In this document: in pieces, positions 19,571 to 29,518 of the stretch
How the letters are laid out: the number at the start of each line of letters is the position of its first letter
Numbering within the stretch: the first letter of the stretch is position 1
Source of the DNA: Fimbriimonadaceae bacterium
GTDB lineage: Bacteria > Armatimonadota > Fimbriimonadia > Fimbriimonadales > Fimbriimonadaceae
Assembly (NCBI GenBank): GCA_040081075.1
Contig: JBEBHJ010000014.1
Location: 1-59,622 of the forward strand
Length of the DNA stretch: 59,622 nt
Direction of reading: 5' to 3'
The notes under the pieces: model-generated
Database searches by the model: none
What the model was told of the DNA's origin: nothing
What the model saw: only the letters and a program-made list of their open reading frames with translations
Translations under genes and position numbers: made by a program

Positions 19571-20701
19571 ATGGGAAAAAGGCTTTCAATCGCTGTGGCG
19601 TTTCTCTTAGCGATTCTCGGATTCGCACATCCAAAACAAGTCAGTGGACCCACTATCCAAATTCCGGCCGGAGGTGGGCCAATGCCGAATTACTTTAGCG
19701 GCACAAACTGTCGAGCGAGTGGAAGTGCTCAACTGGGTAGCGGTGTCGAGCACGCGGAGCTTTATTTAATTGGCAATGGTGTAGCGACACTTGTCGCTTC
19801 CTTTGTCAGTGATGACGAGCAGTTGCCTATGTCCATTAGCCTGGCCGCGATGTTTGATTCAAGTCACTACTCGCCGGGAACGACACTCTCGGTGAAGTTG
19901 TCCGTAAAGTGTGCGAATATTGCCCAGCCGTACGTATTGACCGCCGGGTCAGTGCCAGTTAAGAATAGGCTTATTGTTTATGAATATCCCGATCCCAATA
20001 TAGCTCCCGTTGGAACCATTATCGCTGGTCATATGGCCAACAAAAATTACACGGTGTATGGCACCGGGAATTCTCTGTTTTGGTCTGCCCAGACCTATCT
20101 CGGTGACTTAAGCGGTGCGACCGCAAGTGTCTGTAGCACGCACGGCAACGTGCCGTTTCATTGGAGTGGAACAAATGACAATATTTACCCCACGTCAAAT
20201 CCCTATAACTACTTAGCCTATAGAACATCACAGATAGGCTCAACCTCCGCCCCAAATGGGTTGCCGCCATTTAACTCGGGCCAGCCGCCACTCAACTTTC
20301 TGCACCTGCTAGGATGCTTATGCGGTCAAAATCCAATCTTTTTGCTTGGGGCAACGTATCCTGGGGACTGGGCCTATCCTAACTCAGTTATTCAAGACCA
20401 ATGCTACTTGGGGTATCGGCCCCTCATCAGCACTGAGCAGGCAGATGAACACGCAGAGTTCATCTGGTCAAGGTTAGCGGCAGGTAAGAACATGAGTCAA
20501 ATCGTGGTCGATATTGATGACGCTATAGACAACTATCCCTACCTCTTTTTATGTTGGGAAACGTATCAAGACTATGAGAACCACAATGAGCAATACATGG
20601 TTGCCGACGACTGGAAAGTTTATGGTGATCCTTGCATGAGAATGAAAGGGGTGTGGTGTCCATGGAGTCCCCCCATCAATGATTGGAAGCGGCAAATCTA
20701 A
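19571..20701 (+). CDS. secreted Cys-containing protein of unknown function, paralog A1 (signal peptide MGKRLSIAVAFLLAILGFAHP); possible caspase-fold-like His/Cys dyad
   Basis: ORF 19484..20701 with a probable start at 19571 just after the TATAAT. It is homologous to ORF 39494..40522 in blocks ('GTNCR.SG', 'AMFDSSH', 'THG', 'NP.NYL..RT.Q.GS', 'PPLNF.HLL.C.CG'). Confidence 0.65.
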   Translation: MGKRLSIAVAFLLAILGFAHPKQVSGPTIQIPAGGGPMPNYFSGTNCRASGSAQLGSGVEHAELYLIGNGVATLVASFVSDDEQLPMSISLAAMFDSSHYSPGTTLSVKLSVKCANIAQPYVLTAGSVPVKNRLIVYEYPDPNIAPVGTIIAGHMANKNYTVYGTGNSLFWSAQTYLGDLSGATASVCSTHGNVPFHWSGTNDNIYPTSNPYNYLAYRTSQIGSTSAPNGLPPFNSGQPPLNFLHLLGCLCGQNPIFLLGATYPGDWAYPNSVIQDQCYLGYRPLISTEQADEHAEFIWSRLAAGKNMSQIVVDIDDAIDNYPYLFLCWETYQDYENHNEQYMVADDWKVYGDPCMRMKGVWCPWSPPINDWKRQI

Positions 20702-21660
20702 TGAAATCACAACTATTTGTCGGACTCGTGTTAATACTCTCGGTAGCCAACGCGTCGGCGCAGTTGAACGATGACGAGATCAAATCCCGAGTTCGATTCT
20801 ATGCGGACAAACTTGGAATCGAATTGCATGGGCCCGGAATCGCTACGGAGTCAAGCGTACAATCATTCCGCAGAGTTTATTTTGGTCAATTGAGTTGTTC
20901 CATCCGCAAAACGGATGGAACGCTGGTGGTGCTTTGGGTTGGTCAACAGGTTGAACAAGCCGACTTAGGTGCTGAAGACTTTGGGGATGACGAAGCCGCA
21001 TGGTCGCTAGCAGAGGGGATTCTTCGGACGCTCGAACTCGATGAGGGCCGATTCCGGGGGAAGATCATATGGGAAGATGCAAAGGGGCCGGTTGGGGTGA
21101 ATGAGTGTCCCTACGTATCCTGTTCATTTGTTCCCAAGCCATACGGCTATAAGGTTGCCGGCGGAAATTCCGTTGAGATCGCGTTTCGGCGCCGGGATGG
21201 TGCCTTGTTTCGTGTGAGTTCCGGTACGCCTTTTACCTACGAGCGGCCGAATATCCAAATCACCGAAGAACAAGCTAAAGCGGTCGCAATCCGGGAGTAT
21301 GGGGGCGAACCAGGGGATTGGCACGTATCGGAGCCGTTTTACACGACGGGTGTAAACCCCTATGTTTCCGATGAAATCCGGCGGATGGCCGAAAATCGCG
21401 TAATGCGACTTTGCCTTAGCGTCGGCTCGCCATTTGGAAAGGTTACGGTTGATACAGTTAAGGGCACGCTGGTCTACAAGGCGGCTCCGCCTTTGGCTAT
21501 CCCCACCAAACCTAAACTTCCAAAGCCAGCGGTCGCGGCCCAAACCACACCGGATGTTGCAGTTACGCCGACACCAAGCAGATTGCCCTTAATACTTGGA
21601 AGTATTGCCGGGATTTTGGCGTTCGGTTACTTCTACACCTGGCTCCGGAAGCGCCAATAG
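20701..21660 (+). CDS. PepSY-like domain protein with signal peptide and C-terminal TM anchor, paralog B1; start overlaps the A1 stop (TAATG)
   Basis: 'MKSQLFVGLVLILSVANASA' signal. 'YERPNIQITEEQAKAVAIREYGG' is a PepSY-like motif, also present in ORF 40504..41403 as 'YEQPNIRVTTSEARGIAEWYLGH'. The C-terminal 'LPLILGSIAGILAFGYFYTWLRKRQ' is an anchor. Confidence 0.55.
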   Translation: MKSQLFVGLVLILSVANASAQLNDDEIKSRVRFYADKLGIELHGPGIATESSVQSFRRVYFGQLSCSIRKTDGTLVVLWVGQQVEQADLGAEDFGDDEAAWSLAEGILRTLELDEGRFRGKIIWEDAKGPVGVNECPYVSCSFVPKPYGYKVAGGNSVEIAFRRRDGALFRVSSGTPFTYERPNIQITEEQAKAVAIREYGGEPGDWHVSEPFYTTGVNPYVSDEIRRMAENRVMRLCLSVGSPFGKVTVDTVKGTLVYKAAPPLAIPTKPKLPKPAVAAQTTPDVAVTPTPSRLPLILGSIAGILAFGYFYTWLRKRQ

Positions 21661-21737
21661 AAGCCGCCAACAAACCGGAAAAAGAAGTCAAGATAAGCGG
21701 CTGAATTTGGGCTACTGGTAGACTCAAAGAACGCACA

Positions 21738-23690
21738 ATGCGCCTTGACCGACTCGCAAAATTCGCTTGGTTTGTTTTGGGGTGGACTTTGCTCACCATC
21801 GTTTGGGGAGCTTTCGTTCGGCTCAGCTTCTCGGGCGATGGGTGCGGAAGCCATTGGCCTGGTTGCAACGGCCAGCTAATCCCCTCGCTGAAAAGCGCAA
21901 AGGAGATTATTGAATACTCTCACCGATTGACCAGCGCGGTAGATGGTCTGCTGATTCTGGCCTTAGTTGCTCTGGCGTTCCTTCGCAGAGCCACTAATCC
22001 CCACGCTCTAAAAGCCAGCCTGATCGCTCTCCTGTTTGTCACCTTCGAAGTAATCATCGGGCGTGGGCTTGTCAAATTCGGTTGGGTGGCCTACGACCAA
22101 TCGTCCGAACGCGCGGTGGTCCTAGGTGTCCATCTCGCTAATACCTTTGTGTTAGTGGGAGCCCTCGCCCTTGCTGCCGCTTGGCTCTCGGGAATGCCTC
22201 GACCCCGTTGGAAAGGGCAAGGTGCGATGGGTTGGGCGCTCGTTTTTGGCATTCTTGGGCTCCTGGTGTTAGGCATAAGCGGCGCGATTACCTCGCTCGG
22301 CGATAAGCTGTTTCCGGTTGGGTCGACTCAAGAGGCAATTCAGGGAGCGTTGGACAGTTCGTCTCATTTTCTGGTTCGCCTCAGGATTTTGCATCCGCTC
22401 ATCGCGGTCTCGGTTGGTGTTTATCTGGTGCTGATCACCGGCTTGCTCACGCACATGAGGAAGAGCGCGCTTGTTGCCGAACTTTCAAAATGGGTTGCCG
22501 GGCTTTTTGCGGCCCAAATTGCAATCGGCTTGTTGAACAAGTTCCTGCTTGCCCCAACGTCGCTTTCGCTCGTCCACCTCTTGGTCGCAGATGCCGTTTG
22601 GATTTCGTTTGTTGTGTGGGGCTTCGCCTGTGTAGCCGAGGGCGTGGAACGAGCGGAGCAAGTTGCCCCCCCTACGGAAGACCTGGGTCGCGCGACTTAC
22701 AAGGATTACCTGGTTCTTACGAAACCTCGGGTTATTAGCCTGCTTCTTTTCACGACCCTTACTGCGCTGTTTGCGGCTTCCGGGGGCAAGCCTGGCTTCG
22801 TCCTGTTCCTTGCGGTCGCCGTTGGTGGGTACATGGCCGCCGGAGCTGCAAATGCCATTAACATGGTGATAGATCGTGATATCGATGCTTCGATGAAGCG
22901 AACGGCCTCCCGACCAACCGTCACCCAGAAGATCCCTTCGGGTCATGCCCTCTATTTCGCGTTCGGCCTGGCCCTGCTCTCCTTTGCGTTGCTTTGGGCG
23001 GCAGCGAACTTGCTTACGGCGATGTTAGCGCTCGCTGGATTGGCTTTCTACGTCGTTGTCTACACGCTCATGCTCAAGCGAAGAACTTGGCACAATATTG
23101 TCATAGGCGGAGCAGCGGGTGCGTTCCCACCTCTCGTGGGTTGGGCGGCGGCCACTAATGAGCTCAGCCCCCTCGCTTGGATTCTTTTTGGAATCATATT
23201 TGTGTGGACGCCTGTTCACTTTTGGGCTCTGGCGATCATGATAAAAGATGATTATGCGAAAGCCAACATCCCCATGTTGCCAGTTGTTCATGGTGAACGT
23301 GCCACCGTCATCCAGATTGTCATCTACGGAGTTGTTACCGCCGTGGTGTCTGTTCTACCGGTGTTTATGCATCCCGCGCACGGGCCTGGCGTAGCCCAAC
23401 TCTATCTGTGGAGCGCAGTCGTGCTGAACTTGATTCTATTGGTCCGATGTGTTCAGCTTTACATCACTACTGATCGACCCCACGCATTGAAGCTCTATAA
23501 ATTCTCGATGCTGTATTTGGCCCTACTTTTCCTCATTTTTGCAATTGATTGCGCGATTCCTTCTGGGGGTCGTGCTTCGTCAACACAGACAACGCTTCGT
23601 CATGGTAGGCTATTAGGCGGCTCGGATGTGGATATCCAGCCGGGGTTTGCAATGAAAAGCAAGGAGTGCGTTTATGGCTCAGTTATTTAA
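21738..23690 (+). CDS. ctaAB: fused heme A synthase (CtaA/COX15-like) and protoheme IX farnesyltransferase (CtaB/CyoE)
   Basis: The N-terminal half has 'GAFVRLSFSGDGCGSHWPGCNG' and multi-TM helices with His residues. The C-terminal half has 'LTKPRVISLL', 'NMVIDRDIDASMKRTASRP' and 'WTPVHFWALAI', UbiA-family heme O synthase motifs. Confidence 0.8.
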   Translation: MRLDRLAKFAWFVLGWTLLTIVWGAFVRLSFSGDGCGSHWPGCNGQLIPSLKSAKEIIEYSHRLTSAVDGLLILALVALAFLRRATNPHALKASLIALLFVTFEVIIGRGLVKFGWVAYDQSSERAVVLGVHLANTFVLVGALALAAAWLSGMPRPRWKGQGAMGWALVFGILGLLVLGISGAITSLGDKLFPVGSTQEAIQGALDSSSHFLVRLRILHPLIAVSVGVYLVLITGLLTHMRKSALVAELSKWVAGLFAAQIAIGLLNKFLLAPTSLSLVHLLVADAVWISFVVWGFACVAEGVERAEQVAPPTEDLGRATYKDYLVLTKPRVISLLLFTTLTALFAASGGKPGFVLFLAVAVGGYMAAGAANAINMVIDRDIDASMKRTASRPTVTQKIPSGHALYFAFGLALLSFALLWAAANLLTAMLALAGLAFYVVVYTLMLKRRTWHNIVIGGAAGAFPPLVGWAAATNELSPLAWILFGIIFVWTPVHFWALAIMIKDDYAKANIPMLPVVHGERATVIQIVIYGVVTAVVSVLPVFMHPAHGPGVAQLYLWSAVVLNLILLVRCVQLYITTDRPHALKLYKFSMLYLALLFLIFAIDCAIPSGGRASSTQTTLRHGRLLGGSDVDIQPGFAMKSKECVYGSVI

Positions 23691-24438
23691 GCCTTATGCC
23701 AATTCGTTGGCGCGGATGAGTGTGCTTGGACTCGGATTGGTGCCTGTGGTCGGCTTTTATGCTGGTTCTACCATCAGTCGGTCGGGTGCAAACACCAAAG
23801 CTATGGTCGCTCTGACTCAGCCTGTCAAGTTCAGCCACAAGCACCACGCGATGGAGTTGGGTATTAGTTGCCTGTTCTGCCACACGAACGTCGAGAAATC
23901 GGGAACGGCTGGAATACCTCCTACGGAGACATGCATGACTTGCCACAGTCAAATCTGGACAAACTCCCCTGAACTTGAAGCGGTTCGCCAGTCCTACGAG
24001 AAGGGAGCGCCAATCAAGTTTTTAGATTCGGATCAAGTGGGCTGGAATCAAGTTAACAAGGTTCCCGAATTTGTCTATTTCAATCACTCCATCCATATTG
24101 ATCGAGGTATCAACTGTAACTACTGCCACGGCCCGATACAAGAGATGCAGATGACCTACAAAAATCAAGCTTTTTCGATGGAGTGGTGTCTTGACTGTCA
24201 TCGCAATCCCGAGAAGGCCCTTTACAAAGATGGCGACTCTTCATCGCCAAAGCAGCAGGTTTTCAATCTCTATAGAAAGATTCAGGCGGGAGACAGGCTG
24301 AGTGCGCGCGAGCAGGCTCTAGCTCACGGCGAGAAATACTCGCCCACGGCCGAAGAGTTGGCAAAGGGCGAAGAACTTCTCAACGAGTATCAAATTAAGA
24401 AGAAGCAGCTCATGGATTGCTGGGTGTGCCACAGGTAG
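23674..24438 (+). CDS. actA: Alternative Complex III subunit ActA, pentaheme cytochrome c
   Basis: Five CxxCH motifs (CLFCH, CMTCH, CNYCH, CLDCH, CWVCH) and an N-terminal TM anchor. It precedes actB. Confidence 0.8.
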   Translation: MAQLFKPYANSLARMSVLGLGLVPVVGFYAGSTISRSGANTKAMVALTQPVKFSHKHHAMELGISCLFCHTNVEKSGTAGIPPTETCMTCHSQIWTNSPELEAVRQSYEKGAPIKFLDSDQVGWNQVNKVPEFVYFNHSIHIDRGINCNYCHGPIQEMQMTYKNQAFSMEWCLDCHRNPEKALYKDGDSSSPKQQVFNLYRKIQAGDRLSAREQALAHGEKYSPTAEELAKGEELLNEYQIKKKQLMDCWVCHR

Positions 24439-24441
24439 GAA

Positions 24442-27400
24442 TTGAACTTGGATAAGACTAGACCTAGAATCGATTGGGACGCTGTACGCGAAAAGCTCAA
24501 GTCAGAGGGCGGGCCAACTTATTGGCGGAGCCTTGACGAAGTTGTAGAAACGGCAGAATTCAAAACGTGGGTTGAAGACGAGTTTCCTGACAGACTTTCG
24601 ATTCCCGATATTGATCGTCGAACCGTTTTGAAGTTTATGGGGGCGTCGGCGGCACTGGCGGGACTAGCTGGCTGTCGCAACTTGCCCCAAACCAAGTTGG
24701 TCCCTTACGTAAATGATCCAGAAGGGCGACCGATTGGCGTGCGAGTTCAGTATGCGAGCATCATGCCTTTTGGTGGTTACGGCTTTCCGGTGCTTATCGA
24801 CACGATTGAGGGTCGCCCGGTTAAGATTGATGGTAATCCTGATCATCCATGGAGTAAAGGCGGAAGTGATATCTTCGCTCAAGCGGAGATGCTCAACCTG
24901 TATGATCCCGATCGACTTCGAAATCCGGTCAACGAGGGCTTGATCTCAACTTGGGACGCTTTCTTTAAGCAATGGCGAGGAATCTTTGCGGCCAAGAAAT
25001 CGAGCCAAGGTGCAGGCGTTGCGATGATTACGGAAACAGTGGCATCGCCATGTCTGGTTTCCAAAATGGAAAAGCTTATGGCTGCTTATCCGCAGGCTAA
25101 GTGGTTCCAATATGAACCCGTTAACTCCGATGGGGAGATGGCGGCGATTGGCAACTTAATGCCGATCTACGATTTCGCCCAGGCGGGAACGGTGCTTTCT
25201 CTTGATGGCGATTTCCTCAGTGGTTCTCCTCATCACGTAAGCTACGCGGCTGATTTTGCTTCCCGGCGAGATCCTGCCTTGGCCGACGCCATGTGCCGGC
25301 TATACGCGGTTGAGAGCGCGCCAAGCCCGACCGGAGCTTTTGCTGACCACCGAATCAGTGTCAAGCCATCACAGGTTGTTGCGGTTGCCCGGCTGATTGC
25401 GTCAGCTTGCGGGGTTTCGGTTACGGCTGCCAGCATTCCAGAGGTTTCCGTAAGTTGGGTGCGGGCTGTTGCTGATGACTTGAAGTCTCGCAAGGGAGCT
25501 GTGTTTGTCGGTGCGCACCAGTCTCAGGAAGTCCATGCGCTTGCTCACGAGATTAACCTTGCTATCGGTGCCCCGGTCAAATATGTTGCTCGTTCTGAGG
25601 GGCGTCCAACGCCAAAGCTAGCTTCTTTGAAAGAGTTTGTCGCAGGCAGCTTTGACACAGTGATCGTTTTGGGAGGCAATGTTGCCTACTCTGCTCCTGG
25701 AAATGTTAAAGTCGCCGATCGCTTGCTCGGAGCGAAAAATTCGGTTTATCTAGGTCTCTTCGAAAACGAAACTTCAAGGCTTTGTAAATGGCAGCTTCCC
25801 GAAGCCCATTGGCTTGAAGCATGGGGTGACAATCGAACGCCCGATGGAACGATTTCGATTCAACAGCCCGTGATTGAGCCCCTCTTTTCGGGGAAGAGCC
25901 AGTTGGAAGTTGTGTTAGGGTTGCTTGGTGACACAACAAGTGCTCGAGAGGTGACCCGCAAATCATATTCCGTGAGCGATGCCGTTTGGAACGATGGTCT
26001 AAAGCGCGGGTGGATGAATTCCAGCCCTCGATTGATCCCATCTTTCACTGCAAGCCGAGGGTCGGCTGTCGCAGTGAGCGGAATCGAAGCGATATTCTTG
26101 CCTGATCCAACCCTGTTTGATGGTCGTTACTCCAACAACGGCTGGATGCAAGAGTTGCCCAAACCCTTAACTAAGCTAACGTGGGATAACGCGGTGCTTA
26201 TCGGCCCCAAATTGGCGGCCGACCAAAAGCTCTCGGACGAGGACATGGTGAAGGTGACGGCCAATGGCGTCACGGTAGAAGCTCCAGTCTTTGTGCAAGT
26301 TGGCCACGCAAATGACAGTGTGACTTTGCACTTCGGCGGTGGTCGAACGTTTGGCGGTCGCGTTCTCCAAAACTGCGGGTTTGACTTCATGAAGCTTCGT
26401 GGGGACGACAGTTTCTGCACGGTTACAATCGAAACAAGCAAGGGCGTTTACCCGCTCGCAACGGCCCAAGTTCACCATTCAATGGAGGGCCGTGACATCG
26501 TTCGCGAGGGAACCGTTGCCGCGTTGTCCACAAATCCTAAGCTGCTTCCCGAAGAACATGAAGAGCTTGAGATTGAAACGCTCTATAACTACACTGAGGT
26601 TCTCGCAAAGGAGAATCCAGACTTGCCGCAGTGGGGAATGACGATTGACCTCAACTATTGCACGGGATGCAACGCGTGTGTGACGGCATGTCAGTCGGAA
26701 AACAATATTGCGACAGTCGGAAAGGCGGAAGTATCGCGAGGTCGCGAGCTTCATTGGCTGAGAATTGACCGTTACTACAAGGTTGCAAAAGGCAATGAGC
26801 GCCACGATATTCAGACTGGAGTGGGCGAAGCCTGGAAGTTTGAGTCGCCGATGCACAACACCGGAAGCGGCCCGATTCGGGATGCCGATGCCCTTGAGCC
26901 AAGCAACGTCGCGACCGTCTTCCAGCCCGTGCCCTGCATGCACTGCGAGTTGGCCCCGTGCGAGCCAGTTTGTCCTGTAGCGGCTACCACGCATAGCCAC
27001 GAGGGGCTCAACCAGATGGTTTACAATCGTTGTGTTGGCACTCGATACTGTTCGAACAACTGCCCTTACAAAGTTCGGCGGTTCAACTATTACAACTATC
27101 AACACGGGCAAGTGGACTTTGGATTCAAGAACAACGATAAACGAAAGGGTGACGACCAAGCCGTGATTGGCAAGCGATACGGTAACGCCAACTTCCGTGG
27201 TGAAGAGGATATTCAACTCTTGCGGATGATCAATAACCCTGATGTTACGGTGCGAAGCCGTGGCGTTATGGAGAAGTGCACCTATTGCGTGCAACGCATC
27301 AACGCCGCCCGAATCAAATCCAAGAAAGAGAGGCGACCGATTAAGGATGGAGAAGTCGTGACAGCTTGTCAGCAAGCATGTCCTACCAAAGCAATCACGT

Positions 27401-27552
27401 TTGGCGATACCGCGAATCCGCAAAGCGCCGTTTCGAAGAAGAAGAAAGAGGAGCGAAACTACTCTCTCCTTGAGCACGTGGGCACCAAACCAAGAACGAC
27501 CTATTTGGGTCGAGTTCGCAATCCTAACCCAAGCCTGGAAGGTGGCAAATGA
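24442..27552 (+). CDS. actB: Alternative Complex III subunit ActB (molybdopterin-oxidoreductase-like plus Fe-S domain)
   Basis: 1036 aa with a Tat-like 'RRTVLKFMGASAALAGLAGC' and Fe-S Cys clusters 'CTGCNACVTACQSEN' and 'CMHCELAPCEPVCPV'. Confidence 0.85.
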   Translation: MNLDKTRPRIDWDAVREKLKSEGGPTYWRSLDEVVETAEFKTWVEDEFPDRLSIPDIDRRTVLKFMGASAALAGLAGCRNLPQTKLVPYVNDPEGRPIGVRVQYASIMPFGGYGFPVLIDTIEGRPVKIDGNPDHPWSKGGSDIFAQAEMLNLYDPDRLRNPVNEGLISTWDAFFKQWRGIFAAKKSSQGAGVAMITETVASPCLVSKMEKLMAAYPQAKWFQYEPVNSDGEMAAIGNLMPIYDFAQAGTVLSLDGDFLSGSPHHVSYAADFASRRDPALADAMCRLYAVESAPSPTGAFADHRISVKPSQVVAVARLIASACGVSVTAASIPEVSVSWVRAVADDLKSRKGAVFVGAHQSQEVHALAHEINLAIGAPVKYVARSEGRPTPKLASLKEFVAGSFDTVIVLGGNVAYSAPGNVKVADRLLGAKNSVYLGLFENETSRLCKWQLPEAHWLEAWGDNRTPDGTISIQQPVIEPLFSGKSQLEVVLGLLGDTTSAREVTRKSYSVSDAVWNDGLKRGWMNSSPRLIPSFTASRGSAVAVSGIEAIFLPDPTLFDGRYSNNGWMQELPKPLTKLTWDNAVLIGPKLAADQKLSDEDMVKVTANGVTVEAPVFVQVGHANDSVTLHFGGGRTFGGRVLQNCGFDFMKLRGDDSFCTVTIETSKGVYPLATAQVHHSMEGRDIVREGTVAALSTNPKLLPEEHEELEIETLYNYTEVLAKENPDLPQWGMTIDLNYCTGCNACVTACQSENNIATVGKAEVSRGRELHWLRIDRYYKVAKGNERHDIQTGVGEAWKFESPMHNTGSGPIRDADALEPSNVATVFQPVPCMHCELAPCEPVCPVAATTHSHEGLNQMVYNRCVGTRYCSNNCPYKVRRFNYYNYQHGQVDFGFKNNDKRKGDDQAVIGKRYGNANFRGEEDIQLLRMINNPDVTVRSRGVMEKCTYCVQRINAARIKSKKERRPIKDGEVVTACQQACPTKAITFGDTANPQSAVSKKKKEERNYSLLEHVGTKPRTTYLGRVRNPNPSLEGGK

Positions 27553-28952
27553 GCGATCTGCTAGACAACAGACCGAAAGTAGACCTTCTTATTGAGGGTG
27601 AGCATAATTACGATACGATAACCGCCACGATCGGTGGTGTGGTCCTTGATCAGGAACAATACCATCCCACCAACAAGCGGGTTGGTAAGAACTGGATACT
27701 CCTCGGTTTGCTGTTCTTTTCACTGCTGAACGTGATGATGGTCGCCGTCGGGTGGCTGCTCTATCAAGGTATCGGGGTTTGGGGTAACAACCAGCCCTCT
27801 GGATGGGGATTTGATATCATCAACTTCGTTTGGTGGATCGGTATCGGGCACGCCGGAACCCTGATTTCTGCTGTTCTCTTGCTCATGCGCCAAAAGTGGC
27901 GAATGAGCATTAACCGATTTGCGGAAGCCATGACGATTTTTGCGGTTATGTGCGCGGGACTCTTCCCGCTGCTTCACACGGGTCGTCCTTGGAACGCGTA
28001 TTGGCTATTCCCATATCCAAACTGGATGGCGCTTTGGCCCAACTTCCGATCGCCCCTCGTTTGGGACGTTTTTGCGGTTTCCACGTACATGACGGTTTCG
28101 ATACTCTTCTGGGGAATCGGCCTCGTTCCGGACTTCGCTTCGCTGCGAGACCGAACCAAGAGCAAAATCGGGAAGTTTTTGTACGGATTCGCCTCGCTTG
28201 GATGGCGCGGTTCGACAAAGCATTGGATGCGGTACGAGCAGGCCTACTACATACTTGGTGGACTCTCAACACCGCTGGTTCTTTCGGTTCACTCAATCGT
28301 GTCCTTTGACTTTGCCGTCTCTATTCTGCCCGGTTGGCACACAACACTCTTCCCCCCCTACTTCGTTGCGGGAGCGGTGTTTGCTGGCTTTGCGATGGTG
28401 TTGACTTTCCTTATCCCAATGCGATCGTGGTTCAACCTTAAGGATTTTGTGACCATGAAGCACATTGATTGGATGTGCAAAATCATGCTCGCAACGGGCT
28501 TGATCGTGTTCTACGGCTATCTTGCTGAAGTCTTCTTCTCGTTCTACAGCGGAAACGCAGGCGAAATCGCAATGATGAAGAACCGCTTGTTCGGTCCGTA
28601 CGCCTGGGCATACTTCACTCTGATTTTGACCAACGGCTTGATTCCGCAGATGTTGTGGAAGCAAAAAAATCGGCAAAATCTAAAGCTGGTCATGTTCATT
28701 TCCTGCTCTATTAGCATCGGAATGTGGTTTGAGCGGTTCGTGATTATTCCAATGAGCTTACACAGAGACTTCTTGCCGTCGAGCTGGGGCATGTACGTAC
28801 CCACGCTCTGGGACATCTCGATGTTCCTGGGCACGATAGGAATGTTTGGCTTCTTAATGTTCCTGTTCATCCGATTTGTACCGATGATTTCAATCTTTGA
28901 GATTCGAGAACTCTTGCACGTTTCGAAGCCAAAGAAGGGAGGGCATGCCTAA
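27549..28952 (+). CDS. actC: Alternative Complex III subunit ActC (NrfD/PsrC-like membrane quinol-interacting subunit)
   Basis: 467 aa polytopic membrane protein in the conserved position after actB. Confidence 0.8.
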   Translation: MSDLLDNRPKVDLLIEGEHNYDTITATIGGVVLDQEQYHPTNKRVGKNWILLGLLFFSLLNVMMVAVGWLLYQGIGVWGNNQPSGWGFDIINFVWWIGIGHAGTLISAVLLLMRQKWRMSINRFAEAMTIFAVMCAGLFPLLHTGRPWNAYWLFPYPNWMALWPNFRSPLVWDVFAVSTYMTVSILFWGIGLVPDFASLRDRTKSKIGKFLYGFASLGWRGSTKHWMRYEQAYYILGGLSTPLVLSVHSIVSFDFAVSILPGWHTTLFPPYFVAGAVFAGFAMVLTFLIPMRSWFNLKDFVTMKHIDWMCKIMLATGLIVFYGYLAEVFFSFYSGNAGEIAMMKNRLFGPYAWAYFTLILTNGLIPQMLWKQKNRQNLKLVMFISCSISIGMWFERFVIIPMSLHRDFLPSSWGMYVPTLWDISMFLGTIGMFGFLMFLFIRFVPMISIFEIRELLHVSKPKKGGHA

Positions 28953-29518
28953 TGCACGAGATTAAGCGAGGTGGTCGTTTTGGAGTCGTTGCTGAGTTTG
29001 ACAATCCGGAAAGCCTGATTGCGGCAGCGACCAAGGCGCTCGATGAGGGATACAGCAAGATGGATGCCTTCACGCCTTTTCCCGTCCATGGGTTGCCCGA
29101 GGCGATTGGATTCAGTGAGGCCAAGGTTCCTTGGACTGTTTTCATTGCCGGGATCCTAGGTGGAGCAGGCGGAATGGGCCTCCAATATTGGGTGTCAGTT
29201 ATCGCTTATCCACATAATGTCGGTGGACGGCCCTTGTTCTCTTGGCCGAACTTCATTCCGCCTGCCTATGAGCTTACGATTCTGTTCGCGGCCTTTGGGG
29301 CGGTGTTCGGAATGATCGGCCTCAATAAGCTTCCGCAACCTCATCATCCCGTGTTCGATGCGCCTAACTTTGACCGAGCCTCCCAAGATCGGTTTTTCCT
29401 GCTTATCGAATCCAAGGATCCTAATTTCAATGAAAAGGAGACTCCGAGCTTTTTGGGTAAAACAGACGCACTCAATGTAACCGTTATCAACGAAGAAGAG
29501 GAGGGAGACTGGTCGTGA
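28952..29518 (+). CDS. actD: Alternative Complex III subunit ActD
   Basis: 188 aa with 'AEFDNPESLIAAA...' and two TM helices. Position conserved. Confidence 0.65.
   Translation: MHEIKRGGRFGVVAEFDNPESLIAAATKALDEGYSKMDAFTPFPVHGLPEAIGFSEAKVPWTVFIAGILGGAGGMGLQYWVSVIAYPHNVGGRPLFSWPNFIPPAYELTILFAAFGAVFGMIGLNKLPQPHHPVFDAPNFDRASQDRFFLLIESKDPNFNEKETPSFLGKTDALNVTVINEEEEGDWS

Noticed and set aside
26479-27477. 332-aa ORF on the minus strand inside actB
   Set aside because: Fully antisense to a well-supported conserved gene. Composition-driven open frame with no motifs.
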